61,624 nucleotides of DNA, from positions 1-61,624 of the forward strand of contig CAYGMD010000003.1 in assembly GCA_964350785.1 (NCBI GenBank). The letters run 5' to 3'. The notes beneath the pieces are model-generated. The model did no database searches. It saw only the letters and a program-made list of their open reading frames with translations, and had not been told where the DNA came from. Source of the stretch: an uncultured Acidobacterium sp. GTDB taxonomy: Bacteria > Acidobacteriota > Vicinamibacteria > Vicinamibacterales > UBA2999. Positions 44,987-54,828 of the stretch are shown here, piece after piece. Position 1 is the first letter of the stretch; the number at the start of each line of letters is the position of its first letter. The position numbers were made by a program, and so were the translations under genes.

Positions 44987-45706
44987 TCACGGCGCCTCGC
45001 AGAGCGGCCTGAAGCCAAACCCCCGCGCGCGCAACTCAGGCACCAGGCGGCGCACCGCCTCGGCCGCGTGACGGCGATCCGCGCGCGGGTCCTTGTGGTG
45101 GCCGTCGTGAATCACCACGATGTCCCCATCCGACGCCTTCCCCGCCAGCCGCGCGGCGATCTGGTCGCCCTGCGGACGCCGCCACCAGTCGAAGTCCCAC
45201 ATCCCCCAGCTCCAGCCGGCCAGCCGGTAGCCGGCCAGGTCGAGCCCCGCATACATCTGCCCGCCGCGCCAGCCCGCGTGCGGCCGGAACAGCCGGCACG
45301 GCTCGCGCCCGGTGATGGCGGCAATGCGGGCCGCGGCCTGGTCCAACCGCCGCGCCAGGTCCTGCGGCCGCTCGAGCATCAACCGCCGCGTGCCGCTGTG
45401 CAGGCCAATCGCATGCCCCTCGTCGGCCATCCGCCGGACGATGGCCTCGGTGGCGGGGGTGATGTGATCGTCGATCAGGAAGAACGTCGCCTTGGCGTCG
45501 GTGTCGCGCAACGCATCGAGCAGCGCCGGCGTCCACGCCCCATTCGGGCCGTCGTCAAACGTGAGGTAAAGTGAGGACCCATCGCCCGGACGGCTGTCGA
45601 CGTGCCACAACGAGCGGGATGGGCTGAAGGCCTCGAGGAAGGACGGAAACGGCGCCGTGTGTGCCAGCGCCATCACCGCCGCGGCAATCGCTATGAACAC
45701 CAACAC
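44987..45706 (-). CDS. Polysaccharide deacetylase (NodB)
   Basis: LTFDDGP, GHAIGLH, FRPHAG, VVIHDG. Confidence 0.9.
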   Translation of the reverse strand: MLVFIAIAAAVMALAHTAPFPSFLEAFSPSRSLWHVDSRPGDGSSLYLTFDDGPNGAWTPALLDALRDTDAKATFFLIDDHITPATEAIVRRMADEGHAIGLHSGTRRLMLERPQDLARRLDQAAARIAAITGREPCRLFRPHAGWRGGQMYAGLDLAGYRLAGWSWGMWDFDWWRRPQGDQIAARLAGKASDGDIVVIHDGHHKDPRADRRHAAEAVRRLVPELRARGFGFRPLCEAP

Positions 45707-45710
45707 GGCG

Positions 45711-46610
45711 TCACGTCCCCTTGATCGCGTGCGGATCCTTCTCGGCGAACGACTCCGGCTTGGGCTTCACGCCGCGCCGCTGGGCGTAGACCCGCGTGAA
45801 CTCCGCGCCGAACAGCAGGATCTGGCACGAGTAGTACACCCACAGCAGCAGCACCATCATCGACCCCGCGGCGCCATAGGCCGTGGCCATGCTGCTCTGT
45901 CCCAGGTAGAGGCCGATCAACTGCTGGCCAATCGCAAACAGCACCGCCGTCACCAGCGCGCCGGTGGTCACGTCGCGCCAGTGCAGGCGCACGTCGGGCA
46001 GAAAGCGGAACAGCAAGGCAAACAACCCGGTCGTCACCACGACCGACACCAGCAGGCCGAGCGCCGTCCACACGAGCGGGACCTCGGGGGAGAGGCGGGA
46101 CAGCCATTCGTTGAGGGCGGCCAGCGCGGCCGTGACCGTCAGCGAGACCAGCAGCAGAAAGCCGACCGCCACCACCAACCCGAACGACCGCAGGCGATCG
46201 ATCAGGTACGCTCGGAGGTTGACGCCCTCCTTCACCTTCACGCGCCAGATGGTGTTGAGGGCGACCTGCAACTCGAGGAACGCGCCGGTTGACGCGACCA
46301 GGAAGGTGATGCTGCCAATCACGGTGGCGAGGGCGCCGGCGCGCCGCTGGCTGGCGCCCTCGAGCAGGCTCTGCACCGCCAGCGCGCCCTCGCGCCCGAC
46401 GAGCGAGTCGAGCTGGCCGACGATCTGGCCCCGCACCGCCGCCTCGCCAAACGCCGCGCCCGCGATGGCCGTCGCCACCAGCAGGATCGGCGCGATCGCA
46501 AACAGCGTGTAATACGCCAGCGAGGCGCCCAGCCGCGGCGCGTCATCGTCCCACCAGGCGCGGGCCGCGCCGCCAAACAGCCGCAGAAATTCCACCACGC
46601 TCATGGGCAT
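45711..46610 (-). CDS. YihY/BrkB family membrane protein
   Basis: LGASLAYYTLFAIAP, YGAAGS...WVYYS. Confidence 0.9.
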   Translation of the reverse strand: MPMSVVEFLRLFGGAARAWWDDDAPRLGASLAYYTLFAIAPILLVATAIAGAAFGEAAVRGQIVGQLDSLVGREGALAVQSLLEGASQRRAGALATVIGSITFLVASTGAFLELQVALNTIWRVKVKEGVNLRAYLIDRLRSFGLVVAVGFLLLVSLTVTAALAALNEWLSRLSPEVPLVWTALGLLVSVVVTTGLFALLFRFLPDVRLHWRDVTTGALVTAVLFAIGQQLIGLYLGQSSMATAYGAAGSMMVLLLWVYYSCQILLFGAEFTRVYAQRRGVKPKPESFAEKDPHAIKGT

Positions 46611-46637
46611 CTCCATCACACTGTAACTTGACTGCCC

Positions 46638-48455
46638 ATGCCCGAACTCCCGAACACGCTGAAACCGTGGATTACCTTTGCCGGCAGCGTGCTGATCGTC
46701 GCGGTGCTGTACTGGGCGCAGGCGGTGCTGGTGCCGGTGGCGCTGGCCGTGCTCATCGCGTTCGTGCTGGCGCCGCCGGTCACCTGGCTCGAGCGCTGGC
46801 TCGGCCGTGTCCCGGCCGTGTTGCTTGTCGTCACCCTGGTGTTCCTCGTGCTGGGCCTGGCCGGCTGGGGCCTGGCCCGGCAAATGGAGAACCTCGCTGA
46901 GGACCTGCCCCGCTACCGCGTGAACATCCTGGCCAAGATCGCCGACGTCCGCGGCGCCGGCAAGGGCGGCACGGTTGAAAAGCTGCAGGAAACGATCGCG
47001 GACATCAAGACCGACCTTGGCAAGACCGAGGCCCCGAAAGGCCAACGGGCGGCGCCGGTGATGATTACCTCCGAGCTGGTCGGCGGCTTCCCCGCCATCG
47101 CCTGGCTCGGCCCCATCGTCGGACCACTTGGCACCGCGGGCCTGATCGTGGTGCTGGTGATCTTCATGCTGCTCGAACGGCGCGACCTGCGCGACCGCTT
47201 GATCGGGCTGTTCGGCCAGGGCCACCTGACGGTGACCACCAAGGCGTTTGACGAAGCCGGCAGCCGCGTCAGCCGCCAACTGCTGATGCAGTCGCTGGCC
47301 AGCCTGGTCTACGGCGTGGTGGCCGGACTCGGCCTCTACCTCCTCGGCGTGCCGTATCCGCTGGTCTGGGGCGCGCTGGGCGCGGCGCTTCGCTACATTC
47401 CGTATGTCGGGCCGGTGATCGGCGCCGGCGGCCCGATTCTGGCCAGCCTCGCCGCCATGCCGGGCTGGACCGGCCCGCTCTCGGTAATGGGCATGTTCGT
47501 CGTGCTCGAGTTGTTCACGAACCTGGTCCTCGAGACCGTCCTGTATGCCGGCGCGGCCGGCGTCTCGCAAGTCGCGCTGCTGGTGTCGGTCGCGTTCTGG
47601 ACGTGGCTGTGGGGGCCGCTCGGCCTGTTAATGGCCACGCCGCTCACCGTGTGCGTGGTGGTGCTCGGCCGGCACGTGCCCGGCCTGTCGTTGATCGGCA
47701 CGCTGATGGCCGACACGCCGGCCCTGGCGCCGGAGTTCACCTACTACCAGCGCCTGCTGGCGCGCGATCCCAGCGAGGCCGCCGACATCCTCGATCGGCA
47801 CATCAAGAACGAGGCGTGGGGGTCGGTCTACGACGCCCTGTTGCTGCCAGCGCTCAACTACGCCGAGCGCGACCGGCTGGAGCGCCGCTTGTCGGACGAG
47901 GAAGAGAACGCGGTGATCGACGCGACGCGGGAACTGCTGGCCGACGCCGCGGATGCAATGCGCCGCCTGCAACCGTCGACGCCGGCCACCGACGCGGTGG
48001 TGCTGCCCGCGCCGCGCGAGCCGCTGCGCGTGCTGGGCTACGCCGCCAACGGCACGGCCGACGAGCTGGCGCTCACCATGCTCGGGCACGTCCTGGCCGA
48101 CCAGCCGATCGTGATCGAGATGACGAAGACGCGCGTGCTGGCATCGGAGCTGGTCTCGCTGGTTCACGCGCAGGGCGTATCGGTGATCTGCATCGCCGAC
48201 CTGCCGCCAAGCCCGCCGTCGAAGACCCGGTACCTGGTGAAGCGCCTGCACGCCGCGCTACCCGACCTTCGCATTGTCGTGGGGCGATGGAGCCCGCCGG
48301 CGCTGGCCGACGACAGCACGCAGGCGCTGCGCGACGCCGGCGCCACGCTGGTGTGCGCCACGCTGATCGAAACGCGCGATTACCTCGGCAGCCTGATCGA
48401 GATGCCGCGCCTCCCCGCACCGGAAGCCGGCGACCCGCCGGTCGCCGCCGCCTAG
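46638..48455 (+). CDS. AI-2E family transporter with C-terminal cytoplasmic extension
   Basis: LRYIPYVGP, WLWGPLGLLMATP; C-terminal B12-binding-like fold. Confidence 0.9.
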   Translation: MPELPNTLKPWITFAGSVLIVAVLYWAQAVLVPVALAVLIAFVLAPPVTWLERWLGRVPAVLLVVTLVFLVLGLAGWGLARQMENLAEDLPRYRVNILAKIADVRGAGKGGTVEKLQETIADIKTDLGKTEAPKGQRAAPVMITSELVGGFPAIAWLGPIVGPLGTAGLIVVLVIFMLLERRDLRDRLIGLFGQGHLTVTTKAFDEAGSRVSRQLLMQSLASLVYGVVAGLGLYLLGVPYPLVWGALGAALRYIPYVGPVIGAGGPILASLAAMPGWTGPLSVMGMFVVLELFTNLVLETVLYAGAAGVSQVALLVSVAFWTWLWGPLGLLMATPLTVCVVVLGRHVPGLSLIGTLMADTPALAPEFTYYQRLLARDPSEAADILDRHIKNEAWGSVYDALLLPALNYAERDRLERRLSDEEENAVIDATRELLADAADAMRRLQPSTPATDAVVLPAPREPLRVLGYAANGTADELALTMLGHVLADQPIVIEMTKTRVLASELVSLVHAQGVSVICIADLPPSPPSKTRYLVKRLHAALPDLRIVVGRWSPPALADDSTQALRDAGATLVCATLIETRDYLGSLIEMPRLPAPEAGDPPVAAA

Positions 48456-48471
48456 CGCCAAAGGCAGCAGG

Positions 48472-49758
48472 ATGGCCACCGCCTGGTTCCTGATCACCGG
48501 CGCGCTCCTGATCGGCTTTGCGCTCGCCGGCACGGTGCTCAAGCGCCTGCCGGTGACGCCGTCGATGTTCTACCTGGCGGCCGGCGCCTGGCTGGGCCCA
48601 TGGGGCGCCGGGCTGCTGCACGTCGACGCGCTCGACGACACCGCCATGCTCGAACGGCTGACCGAAGTCGCGGTCATCATCTCGCTGTTCACCGCCGGCC
48701 TGAAGCTGCGCCTGCCGTGGTCCGATCGCCGGTGGCGCACCGCGCTGCTGCTGTCGTCGGTCGCCATGCTGCTGACCATTGCCGGCATCGCCGCCTTCGC
48801 GGTCGCCGTGGGCATGGCGCTGCCGGTGGCGCTGCTGCTCGGGGCCATCCTGGCCCCGACCGACCCGGTCCTGGCGTCGGATGTCCAGGTCAGCCACGAG
48901 CACGACGCCGAACCCGTGCGCTTCAGCCTCACCGGCGAGGCCGGCCTGAACGACGGCACCTCGTTCCCGTTCGTCATGCTCGGCCTCGGCCTGATGGGCG
49001 CCTACGACCTGGGCACGCTGGGCTGGCGCTGGTGGACCATCGACCTCGTATGGGCCATCGCGGCCGGCCTCGGCGTGGGCACCGCCTGCGGCGCCGGCAT
49101 TGCCCGGCTGGTGATCTACCTGCGGCGCGTGCACAAGGAGGCCGTCGGCCTCGACGAGTTCCTGGCCCTTGGCTTGATTGCCCTGTCGTACGGCATTGCG
49201 CTGCTCATGGGCGGCTACGGTTTTCTCGCGGTGTTTGCGGCCGGGTTGTCGGTGAGGCGCATCGAGCGCGAACACGCAGAGGTGACACCGTCGAAACAGA
49301 TCCGGCAGGCCGGCCTCAGCGACGAGGACCAAGCCACCAACCCGGCCACGGCGCCGGCCTACATGGCCAACGCCGTGCTGGGCTTCAACGAGCAGTTGGA
49401 GCGCCTGGGCGAACTGGCCGTCGTGGTGGTGGTGGGCGCGATGCTGGCCCGCATCGACAGCGTCGGTCCCGGCCTGTGGCTGGCGTTGGTCCTGTTCGTG
49501 GTGATTCGCCCGCTGTCGACGTCGCTCACGCTGCTGCCGACGCGGCTGTCGCGCGCGCAGCGGGCGTTCATCGCCTGGTTTGGCGTGCGCGGCGTGGGCT
49601 CGATCTACTACCTGGCGTTCGCACTGGCGCACGGCGTGGACGGCCCGATCGCCCGCCAACTCGTGGACCTCACCATGGTCGTGGTCGCCACGTCGATCGT
49701 CGTGCACGGCGTGTCGGTGACGCCGCTGATGCAGCTGTACTCGGCCCGCCGCCGGTAG
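48472..49758 (+). CDS. CPA1/NhaP cation:proton antiporter
   Basis: LAPTDPV, EAGLNDG, WFGVRGVGS. Confidence 0.92.
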   Translation: MATAWFLITGALLIGFALAGTVLKRLPVTPSMFYLAAGAWLGPWGAGLLHVDALDDTAMLERLTEVAVIISLFTAGLKLRLPWSDRRWRTALLLSSVAMLLTIAGIAAFAVAVGMALPVALLLGAILAPTDPVLASDVQVSHEHDAEPVRFSLTGEAGLNDGTSFPFVMLGLGLMGAYDLGTLGWRWWTIDLVWAIAAGLGVGTACGAGIARLVIYLRRVHKEAVGLDEFLALGLIALSYGIALLMGGYGFLAVFAAGLSVRRIEREHAEVTPSKQIRQAGLSDEDQATNPATAPAYMANAVLGFNEQLERLGELAVVVVVGAMLARIDSVGPGLWLALVLFVVIRPLSTSLTLLPTRLSRAQRAFIAWFGVRGVGSIYYLAFALAHGVDGPIARQLVDLTMVVVATSIVVHGVSVTPLMQLYSARRR

Positions 49759-49780
49759 GCGGCCGCGCGGCCGCGCGCCG

Positions 49781-50707
49781 CTAGGGTTCCCGCTCGGCCG
49801 CGGCGCGCTCCTCTTCCTCCCATCGCCGCCGGTGCTCCGCGTGGCGGCGGCGCCGGACCCACACCGCCAGGGTGGCCACGCCGATCACCAGCAGCCAGAA
49901 GGCCTCGCCCGACGTGAAGAACGGCACCCACCGCGTCCACACGCGCTGCCGGCTCCAGAACTCGTCCTCGACCCCGCCGAGCGTGCGTCGGGCGACGCTC
50001 ACGACCGCCCGCTCGAACGGCACATCGTCGCGGACCAGCCGCAGGATCGCGGCCGGCGCGGCGGCGCCGTGCTCGCGAATGAGGTCGCGGACCACGGCGG
50101 CCGACAGCGTGTACGCGCGCGACTGCACGGCCGGACCGCCGTCGAACATCGCGTCGATCTCGCGCAGCCGCAGCCGCGGTCCGGCCAGTATCTCCCACGC
50201 CAGCCGCGACCGATCCTCGAGGTCCCACGGCCGCTCGACCACCACCGACAGCCCTTCGTGAAACCAGCGGGGCACCTCGCGGCCGCCCGCGGCGCGCGCG
50301 ATCAGCACGTGCGACACCTCGTGGCGCAGCACGTCTTCCAGCGTGTCGTGCGGGTAGCTGGGGGCACGGGCGGGAAACAGCACGACCAGGCCGGCGTTGC
50401 TGACGGCGTAGCCGGCAATCCAGGCGCCCGCACGGCGTGCCGCATCGCTATCTTCGCCGGCAAGCACCACCTGGATCACCGGGCCCGGGTCGGACAGGCC
50501 CACGGTGCCGGCGATGCCGGCCAGCGAGGCGCGGTCGAATCGTTCAAGCCGCGCGCGCGCCGGCGCCAGCTCCGCCGGCGCCATGATCGACAGCGAAGGC
50601 GCGGTTTGCGCCACCGCCGGCGGCACGAGGATGCCGGCGGACCAGGCCAACACCAGCCAGACGGCCAGGCGCCGCCCACGGCGGCTGTGAGAAACTACTC
50701 GCCGCAT
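49781..50707 (-). CDS. Peptidase MA-like metallopeptidase (start uncertain)
   Basis: LRHEVSH...PRWFHEG. Confidence 0.8.
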   Translation of the reverse strand: MRRVVSHSRRGRRLAVWLVLAWSAGILVPPAVAQTAPSLSIMAPAELAPARARLERFDRASLAGIAGTVGLSDPGPVIQVVLAGEDSDAARRAGAWIAGYAVSNAGLVVLFPARAPSYPHDTLEDVLRHEVSHVLIARAAGGREVPRWFHEGLSVVVERPWDLEDRSRLAWEILAGPRLRLREIDAMFDGGPAVQSRAYTLSAAVVRDLIREHGAAAPAAILRLVRDDVPFERAVVSVARRTLGGVEDEFWSRQRVWTRWVPFFTSGEAFWLLVIGVATLAVWVRRRRHAEHRRRWEEEERAAAEREP

Positions 50708-51284
50708 GGGCAAAGGCCGGCTCGAAGCGTTCAGTGACGGCGTCATCGCCATCATCATCACTATCATGGTCCTCGAGATGAAGGTGCCGCACGGCGAGTA
50801 CCTCGACTCGATTGCCCCGCTGTGGCCGGTGTTTGTCAGCTACGTCCTCAGCTTCATCATCGTCGGCATCTACTGGAACAACCATCACCACATGCTGCAC
50901 TCGGTGCGGCACGTCACGGGCGCCGTGCTGTGGGGCAACCTGCACCTGCTGTTCTGGCTGTCGCTGATGCCGTTTGCCACCGGCTGGATGGGCGAAAACC
51001 ACTTCGCGCCGCTGCCGGTCGCCCTCTACGGCTTCGTGCTGTTGATGGCGGCGATCGCCTACTTCCTGCTGGTGCGCGCACTGATTGCCGGGCACGGCGG
51101 CGATTCGGAGTTCGCCGCGCGCATCGGCTCGGACTGGAAGGGCAAGATCCCGCTGGGGGTCTACGCCGCCGGCATCGGGCTGGCGTTCGTGAACCCGTGG
51201 ATCTCGATGGTCCTGTACGCCGCCATCGCCGCCCTGTGGTTCATTCCCGATCGCCGGTTCGAACCGCCTCGCGGCGGTGCTTGA
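50706..51284 (+). CDS. TMEM175-family K+ channel
   Basis: RLEAFSDGVIAIIITIMVLE, YWNNHH. Confidence 0.92.
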   Translation: MGKGRLEAFSDGVIAIIITIMVLEMKVPHGEYLDSIAPLWPVFVSYVLSFIIVGIYWNNHHHMLHSVRHVTGAVLWGNLHLLFWLSLMPFATGWMGENHFAPLPVALYGFVLLMAAIAYFLLVRALIAGHGGDSEFAARIGSDWKGKIPLGVYAAGIGLAFVNPWISMVLYAAIAALWFIPDRRFEPPRGGA

Positions 51285-51714
51285 AGAACGCCTGGATGAT
51301 GGCGCGGCACTCGTCTTCGAGCACACCGCCGATGGCCGCCAGCCTGTGGTTGAGCCCGCCCAACTCGTGCGCGCTCGTCATGGAGACGATGGCGCCGGCC
51401 CGCGGTTCGGTGGCGCCGTAGACGACCGTGCCGACACGCGCGTGCACCATGGCGCCCACGCACATCAGGCACGGCTCCACCGTCACGTACATCGTCGAAC
51501 CGCTGAGGCGGTAGTTCTGGAGCGACGCCGCCGCGGCACGCAACGCGACGACTTCGGCATGGGCGGTGGGATCGTTTGCGGTGATCGGCTGGTTGTAGCC
51601 GGCGCCAATCACGACGCCGTCAAGCACGAGGACGGCGCCAACGGGGACTTCGTTGGCAGCCAATGCGAGGGCGGCCTGGGCAAGCGCAAGCCGCATGAAG
51701 TCGTCAGGCCCCAT
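51241..51714 (-). CDS. tadA: tRNA adenosine(34) deaminase
   Basis: EVPVGAV, HAE, EPCLMC, FFKHRR. Confidence 0.9.
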   Translation of the reverse strand: MGPDDFMRLALAQAALALAANEVPVGAVLVLDGVVIGAGYNQPITANDPTAHAEVVALRAAAASLQNYRLSGSTMYVTVEPCLMCVGAMVHARVGTVVYGATEPRAGAIVSMTSAHELGGLNHRLAAIGGVLEDECRAIIQAFFKHRREAVRTGDRE

Positions 51715-51727
51715 GCGGCGATTGTAC

Positions 51728-51792
51728 CGGGAGTCGGGAACCGGGAACCGACTCTCGACTCCCGACTCCCGACTCCCGACTCCCGACTCCCG
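51728..51792. repeat. Heptamer tandem repeat (CGACTCC)x6 preceded by inverted units
   Basis: 51749-51790 six units; 51728-51748 CGGGAGT/CGGGAAC/CGGGAAC. Confidence 0.9.
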
Positions 51793-51800
51793 GCAAGTAT

Positions 51801-52370
51801 CTACCTAATCGTCGGCAGGCCGTGGGCCGCCGGGTCGCCGGGGAACTGGAACTCGTCCAGGCGGAGGAAGCCGTCCGAGCCCCGGTGCAGGACGACGGTG
51901 CCCTTGGCGCCAGGCTCGCGATCCAGGTGCAGGCAGTGGAACGCCACAACCGGATTCTTCTGGTCCTCGAACTTGTAGATGTAGGTGCACGGCCCGCCGG
52001 CGGCCATGCGGTCGTTGTCGTGTTCGATCACGTAGCGGCCCTGCAGGATGTTGTTGCCGATCCGCACCGGCTGCTGGAACCACACCACCGTGGCCTGGCG
52101 GGCCGGCGCGGTGGCGGCAGGAGGAACGGGCCGTTCAAACGATACAGCCAGGAAGAACGGGTCGGTGAGGTCGGCGTCGGCCATGGCCACGGGCGCCTTG
52201 TGGTCCTTGCAGCACGGCATGTCGCAGCAGGCGTGATCGGCCGGCTTGGCCTTGTCCTGGCAACACGTCATGACCTTGTCCTGGCAACAACCGTTATTGG
52301 CGGCGATGGCAGCCGGCGTAGCAACGAGTAATCCCGCGAGTCCGATGAATGCGACCAATCGTGAATGCAT
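51801..52370 (-). CDS. Secreted hypothetical protein with four Cys-Cys pairs
   Basis: GGAGG RBS; signal peptide; GCCQDKVMTCCQDKAKPADHACCDMPCCKDH. Confidence 0.75.
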   Translation of the reverse strand: MHSRLVAFIGLAGLLVATPAAIAANNGCCQDKVMTCCQDKAKPADHACCDMPCCKDHKAPVAMADADLTDPFFLAVSFERPVPPAATAPARQATVVWFQQPVRIGNNILQGRYVIEHDNDRMAAGGPCTYIYKFEDQKNPVVAFHCLHLDREPGAKGTVVLHRGSDGFLRLDEFQFPGDPAAHGLPTIR

Positions 52371-52553
52371 ATGAAGCCTCCGCTTGGCCGTTACCAGAGC
52401 GAAACGCGTGCCACGTGTCGATCGCGAAAACAGGCGTAATTCGCCTGACAGGCGCCCCCCGGGGGGCGGAGATTCCCCTGCCCCGTCGAAAATTCCCCGC
52501 CTGCCGGTCGTTGATATGATGGCCGCACCGATTTCATGCGCCTGGAGGATTCG

Positions 52554-54164
52554 ATGACCGTTCGTTTCTGTCGTATTGCGGCTGTGTGTCTGTGTTGTCT
52601 GGTGGCCGGCTCCTCTGCGGGCTGGGCTCAAGAGAGTCATCTCGATGCCGCGGGCGAAGTCCCCAAATACGTGAAAGACCCCATTCCCCTCTACACCGCC
52701 GCACTCGGCCCTTTCCAGCGACCCATTTCCTCCAAGAACGCCGAGGCCCAGGCTTATTTCAACCAGGGCTTCCAGATGATGTACGCGTTCGCGCGCATCG
52801 ACGCCATCCGTTCGTTCCGCGAGGCGTGGAAGCGCGACCCGGACTGCGCCATCTGCTATTGGGGCGAGGGGTGGGCGTGGGGTTCCTATTTGAACGGCCC
52901 GATGTCGGCCGACCAGTCGCCGTTTGCCTATGCGGCGACGCAGAAGGCCATCAGCCTGAAGGACAAGGCGACGCCGGTCGAGCGCGCCTTCATCGCGGCG
53001 CTCAGCGTCCGCTACGTCAAGGACTTCGACGTCAAGACCCGCAAGGAACAGGACCAGGCCTACGCCGACGCCATGAAGAAGGTCGCGGACCAGTATCCAA
53101 ACGACCTCGACGCCATCACGCTGTACGGCGACGCGCTGTTCCTGCTGGAACCGCGCCGCGGCACGCGCGACATCAACCAGCCGGGCGTCAAGCGCCTGCA
53201 CGGTGTGCTCGAATCCGTGCTCAACAAGGATCCGAAACATCCCGGCGCCTGCCACCTCTACGTGCATGCCACCGAATCGACGGTGGTGCCCGACAAGGCG
53301 GTGGCGTGCGCCGAGTTCCTGGGCAAGACCATCCCGGGCGCCAGCCACATCAACCACATGCCCTCGCACACCTGGAACGTGGTGGGCCGCTGGGCCGACT
53401 CGGTGCGGGCCAACCTCGACGCGTGGCATTCGGACCTGAAGGCCGACAGCGGCGAAGGCTTCGCCATCTACCCGGATCACAACCTGCACATGCTGCTGTT
53501 TGCCGCGTCGATGGACGGCCAGGGCGCCATTGCGACGCAGGCCGGCAAGGACTACACCAAGCGCACCAGCGACACCATGTACCAAGTGCTGACGCTGATT
53601 CGTTTCGGCCGCTTCGATGAAGTGGTCGAAATCACCAAGCGGCCCGAGCGCGAGATTCCCGCGGCCGCCTTCGACTTCTCGCAGGGCTACGCCAGGCTGA
53701 AGCTGGGCGACGTCGATTTCGCCAGGGCCTACCTCGCCAAGGTGGAGAAGGCGGCGGCCACCTCGAAGCAGGAGTTCCGCCAGCATTCGGCGGCCCGCCT
53801 GGGCGGCATCATGGCCGGCATCCTCGAGGGCGAGATTGCCCGCACCGAGGGCCGCCTGGACGAAGCGATCGCCCACTTCGAGACGGCGGCCAAGCTGGAC
53901 GACGAGCTGGAATATGACGAGCCCGAGCCGCTGCCGTTCGCGGCGCGGCACTGGCTGGGCGCGGCGCTGCTCGAGGCCAAGCGGCCCGCCGACGCCGAAC
54001 GCGCCTATCGCGAAGACCTCAAGGCGCACCCCCACAACGGGTGGGCGCTGCTCGGCCTGCAGCAGGCGCTGAAGGCGCAGGGCAAGACCGACCCGGCGGT
54101 GGACGAGGACCTGGCCAGGAGCTGGGCCCGGTCCGACACCTGGATCCGGGCGTCCCGTTTTTAG
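52554..54164 (+). CDS. Secreted TPR-like protein
   Basis: AQAYFNQG, HPGACHLYVH, HINHMPSH, HPHNGWALLGL. Confidence 0.85.
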   Translation: MTVRFCRIAAVCLCCLVAGSSAGWAQESHLDAAGEVPKYVKDPIPLYTAALGPFQRPISSKNAEAQAYFNQGFQMMYAFARIDAIRSFREAWKRDPDCAICYWGEGWAWGSYLNGPMSADQSPFAYAATQKAISLKDKATPVERAFIAALSVRYVKDFDVKTRKEQDQAYADAMKKVADQYPNDLDAITLYGDALFLLEPRRGTRDINQPGVKRLHGVLESVLNKDPKHPGACHLYVHATESTVVPDKAVACAEFLGKTIPGASHINHMPSHTWNVVGRWADSVRANLDAWHSDLKADSGEGFAIYPDHNLHMLLFAASMDGQGAIATQAGKDYTKRTSDTMYQVLTLIRFGRFDEVVEITKRPEREIPAAAFDFSQGYARLKLGDVDFARAYLAKVEKAAATSKQEFRQHSAARLGGIMAGILEGEIARTEGRLDEAIAHFETAAKLDDELEYDEPEPLPFAARHWLGAALLEAKRPADAERAYREDLKAHPHNGWALLGLQQALKAQGKTDPAVDEDLARSWARSDTWIRASRF

Positions 54165-54202
54165 GCTCGCATCTTGCAACCGGAGCGAGAGGAGACTTCA
54201 CC

Positions 54203-54568
54203 ATGTACCTCTTGCTTCGGTTGCTGATTAACGCCGGCGCCCTCTGGGCCGCCACCATGCTCGTCCCCGGCATCTCGTTCGTGGGCGACACCGGCCGCTT
54301 CCTGGTCGTCGCGCTCGTCTTTGGCCTGCTGAACGCCCTGGTCCGGCCAATCCTCCTGCTGCTCTCGCTGCCCCTCCTGATCCTCACGCTCGGGTTGTTC
54401 ACGTTCGTACTGAACGCGCTCATCCTCATGCTGCTGGGATCGCTGTCGGAAGGCTTTGGCCTGGGCTTCCACGTCAACGGCTTCTTCCCGGCATTTGTGG
54501 GCGCGCTGATCGTCACGGTGGTCAGCTTCGTGTTGTCGATGGTGGTAAAGCCGGCGAGCGACCGCTAG
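54203..54568 (+). CDS. YvlD/phage-holin-like 4-TM membrane protein
   Basis: LNALVRPILLLLSLPLLILTLGLF. Confidence 0.85.
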   Translation: MYLLLRLLINAGALWAATMLVPGISFVGDTGRFLVVALVFGLLNALVRPILLLLSLPLLILTLGLFTFVLNALILMLLGSLSEGFGLGFHVNGFFPAFVGALIVTVVSFVLSMVVKPASDR

Positions 54569-54592
54569 GTAAGCGCGCCGGGCTTTCGACAG

Positions 54593-54814
54593 CCACCGAT
54601 TACACAGATTGCGCAGATGCACAGGCCCGTGGCGGCCTCCGGCCGCCAGCTCCGAAACAAGGCCCTGATTCCGAGAGTCGCCAGAAAGCAGATGACTCTC
54701 GAAATCAGGGCCTTGTTTCGGAGCGTGGGCGCCGTGGGTTTTCCAGGCGCCCACGGGCCTTGCCGTAAAAAATGCCCGCGCGCGCACATCTGCGTCATCT
54801 GCGTCATCTGTGGC
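54593..54814. repeat. Nested inverted-repeat element (MITE/REP-like or structured RNA)
   Basis: 30-bp stem with one mismatch at 54649-54724, plus 10-bp and 17-bp outer arms. Confidence 0.8.
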
Positions 54815-54828
54815 CCTAGAATGGCGGG

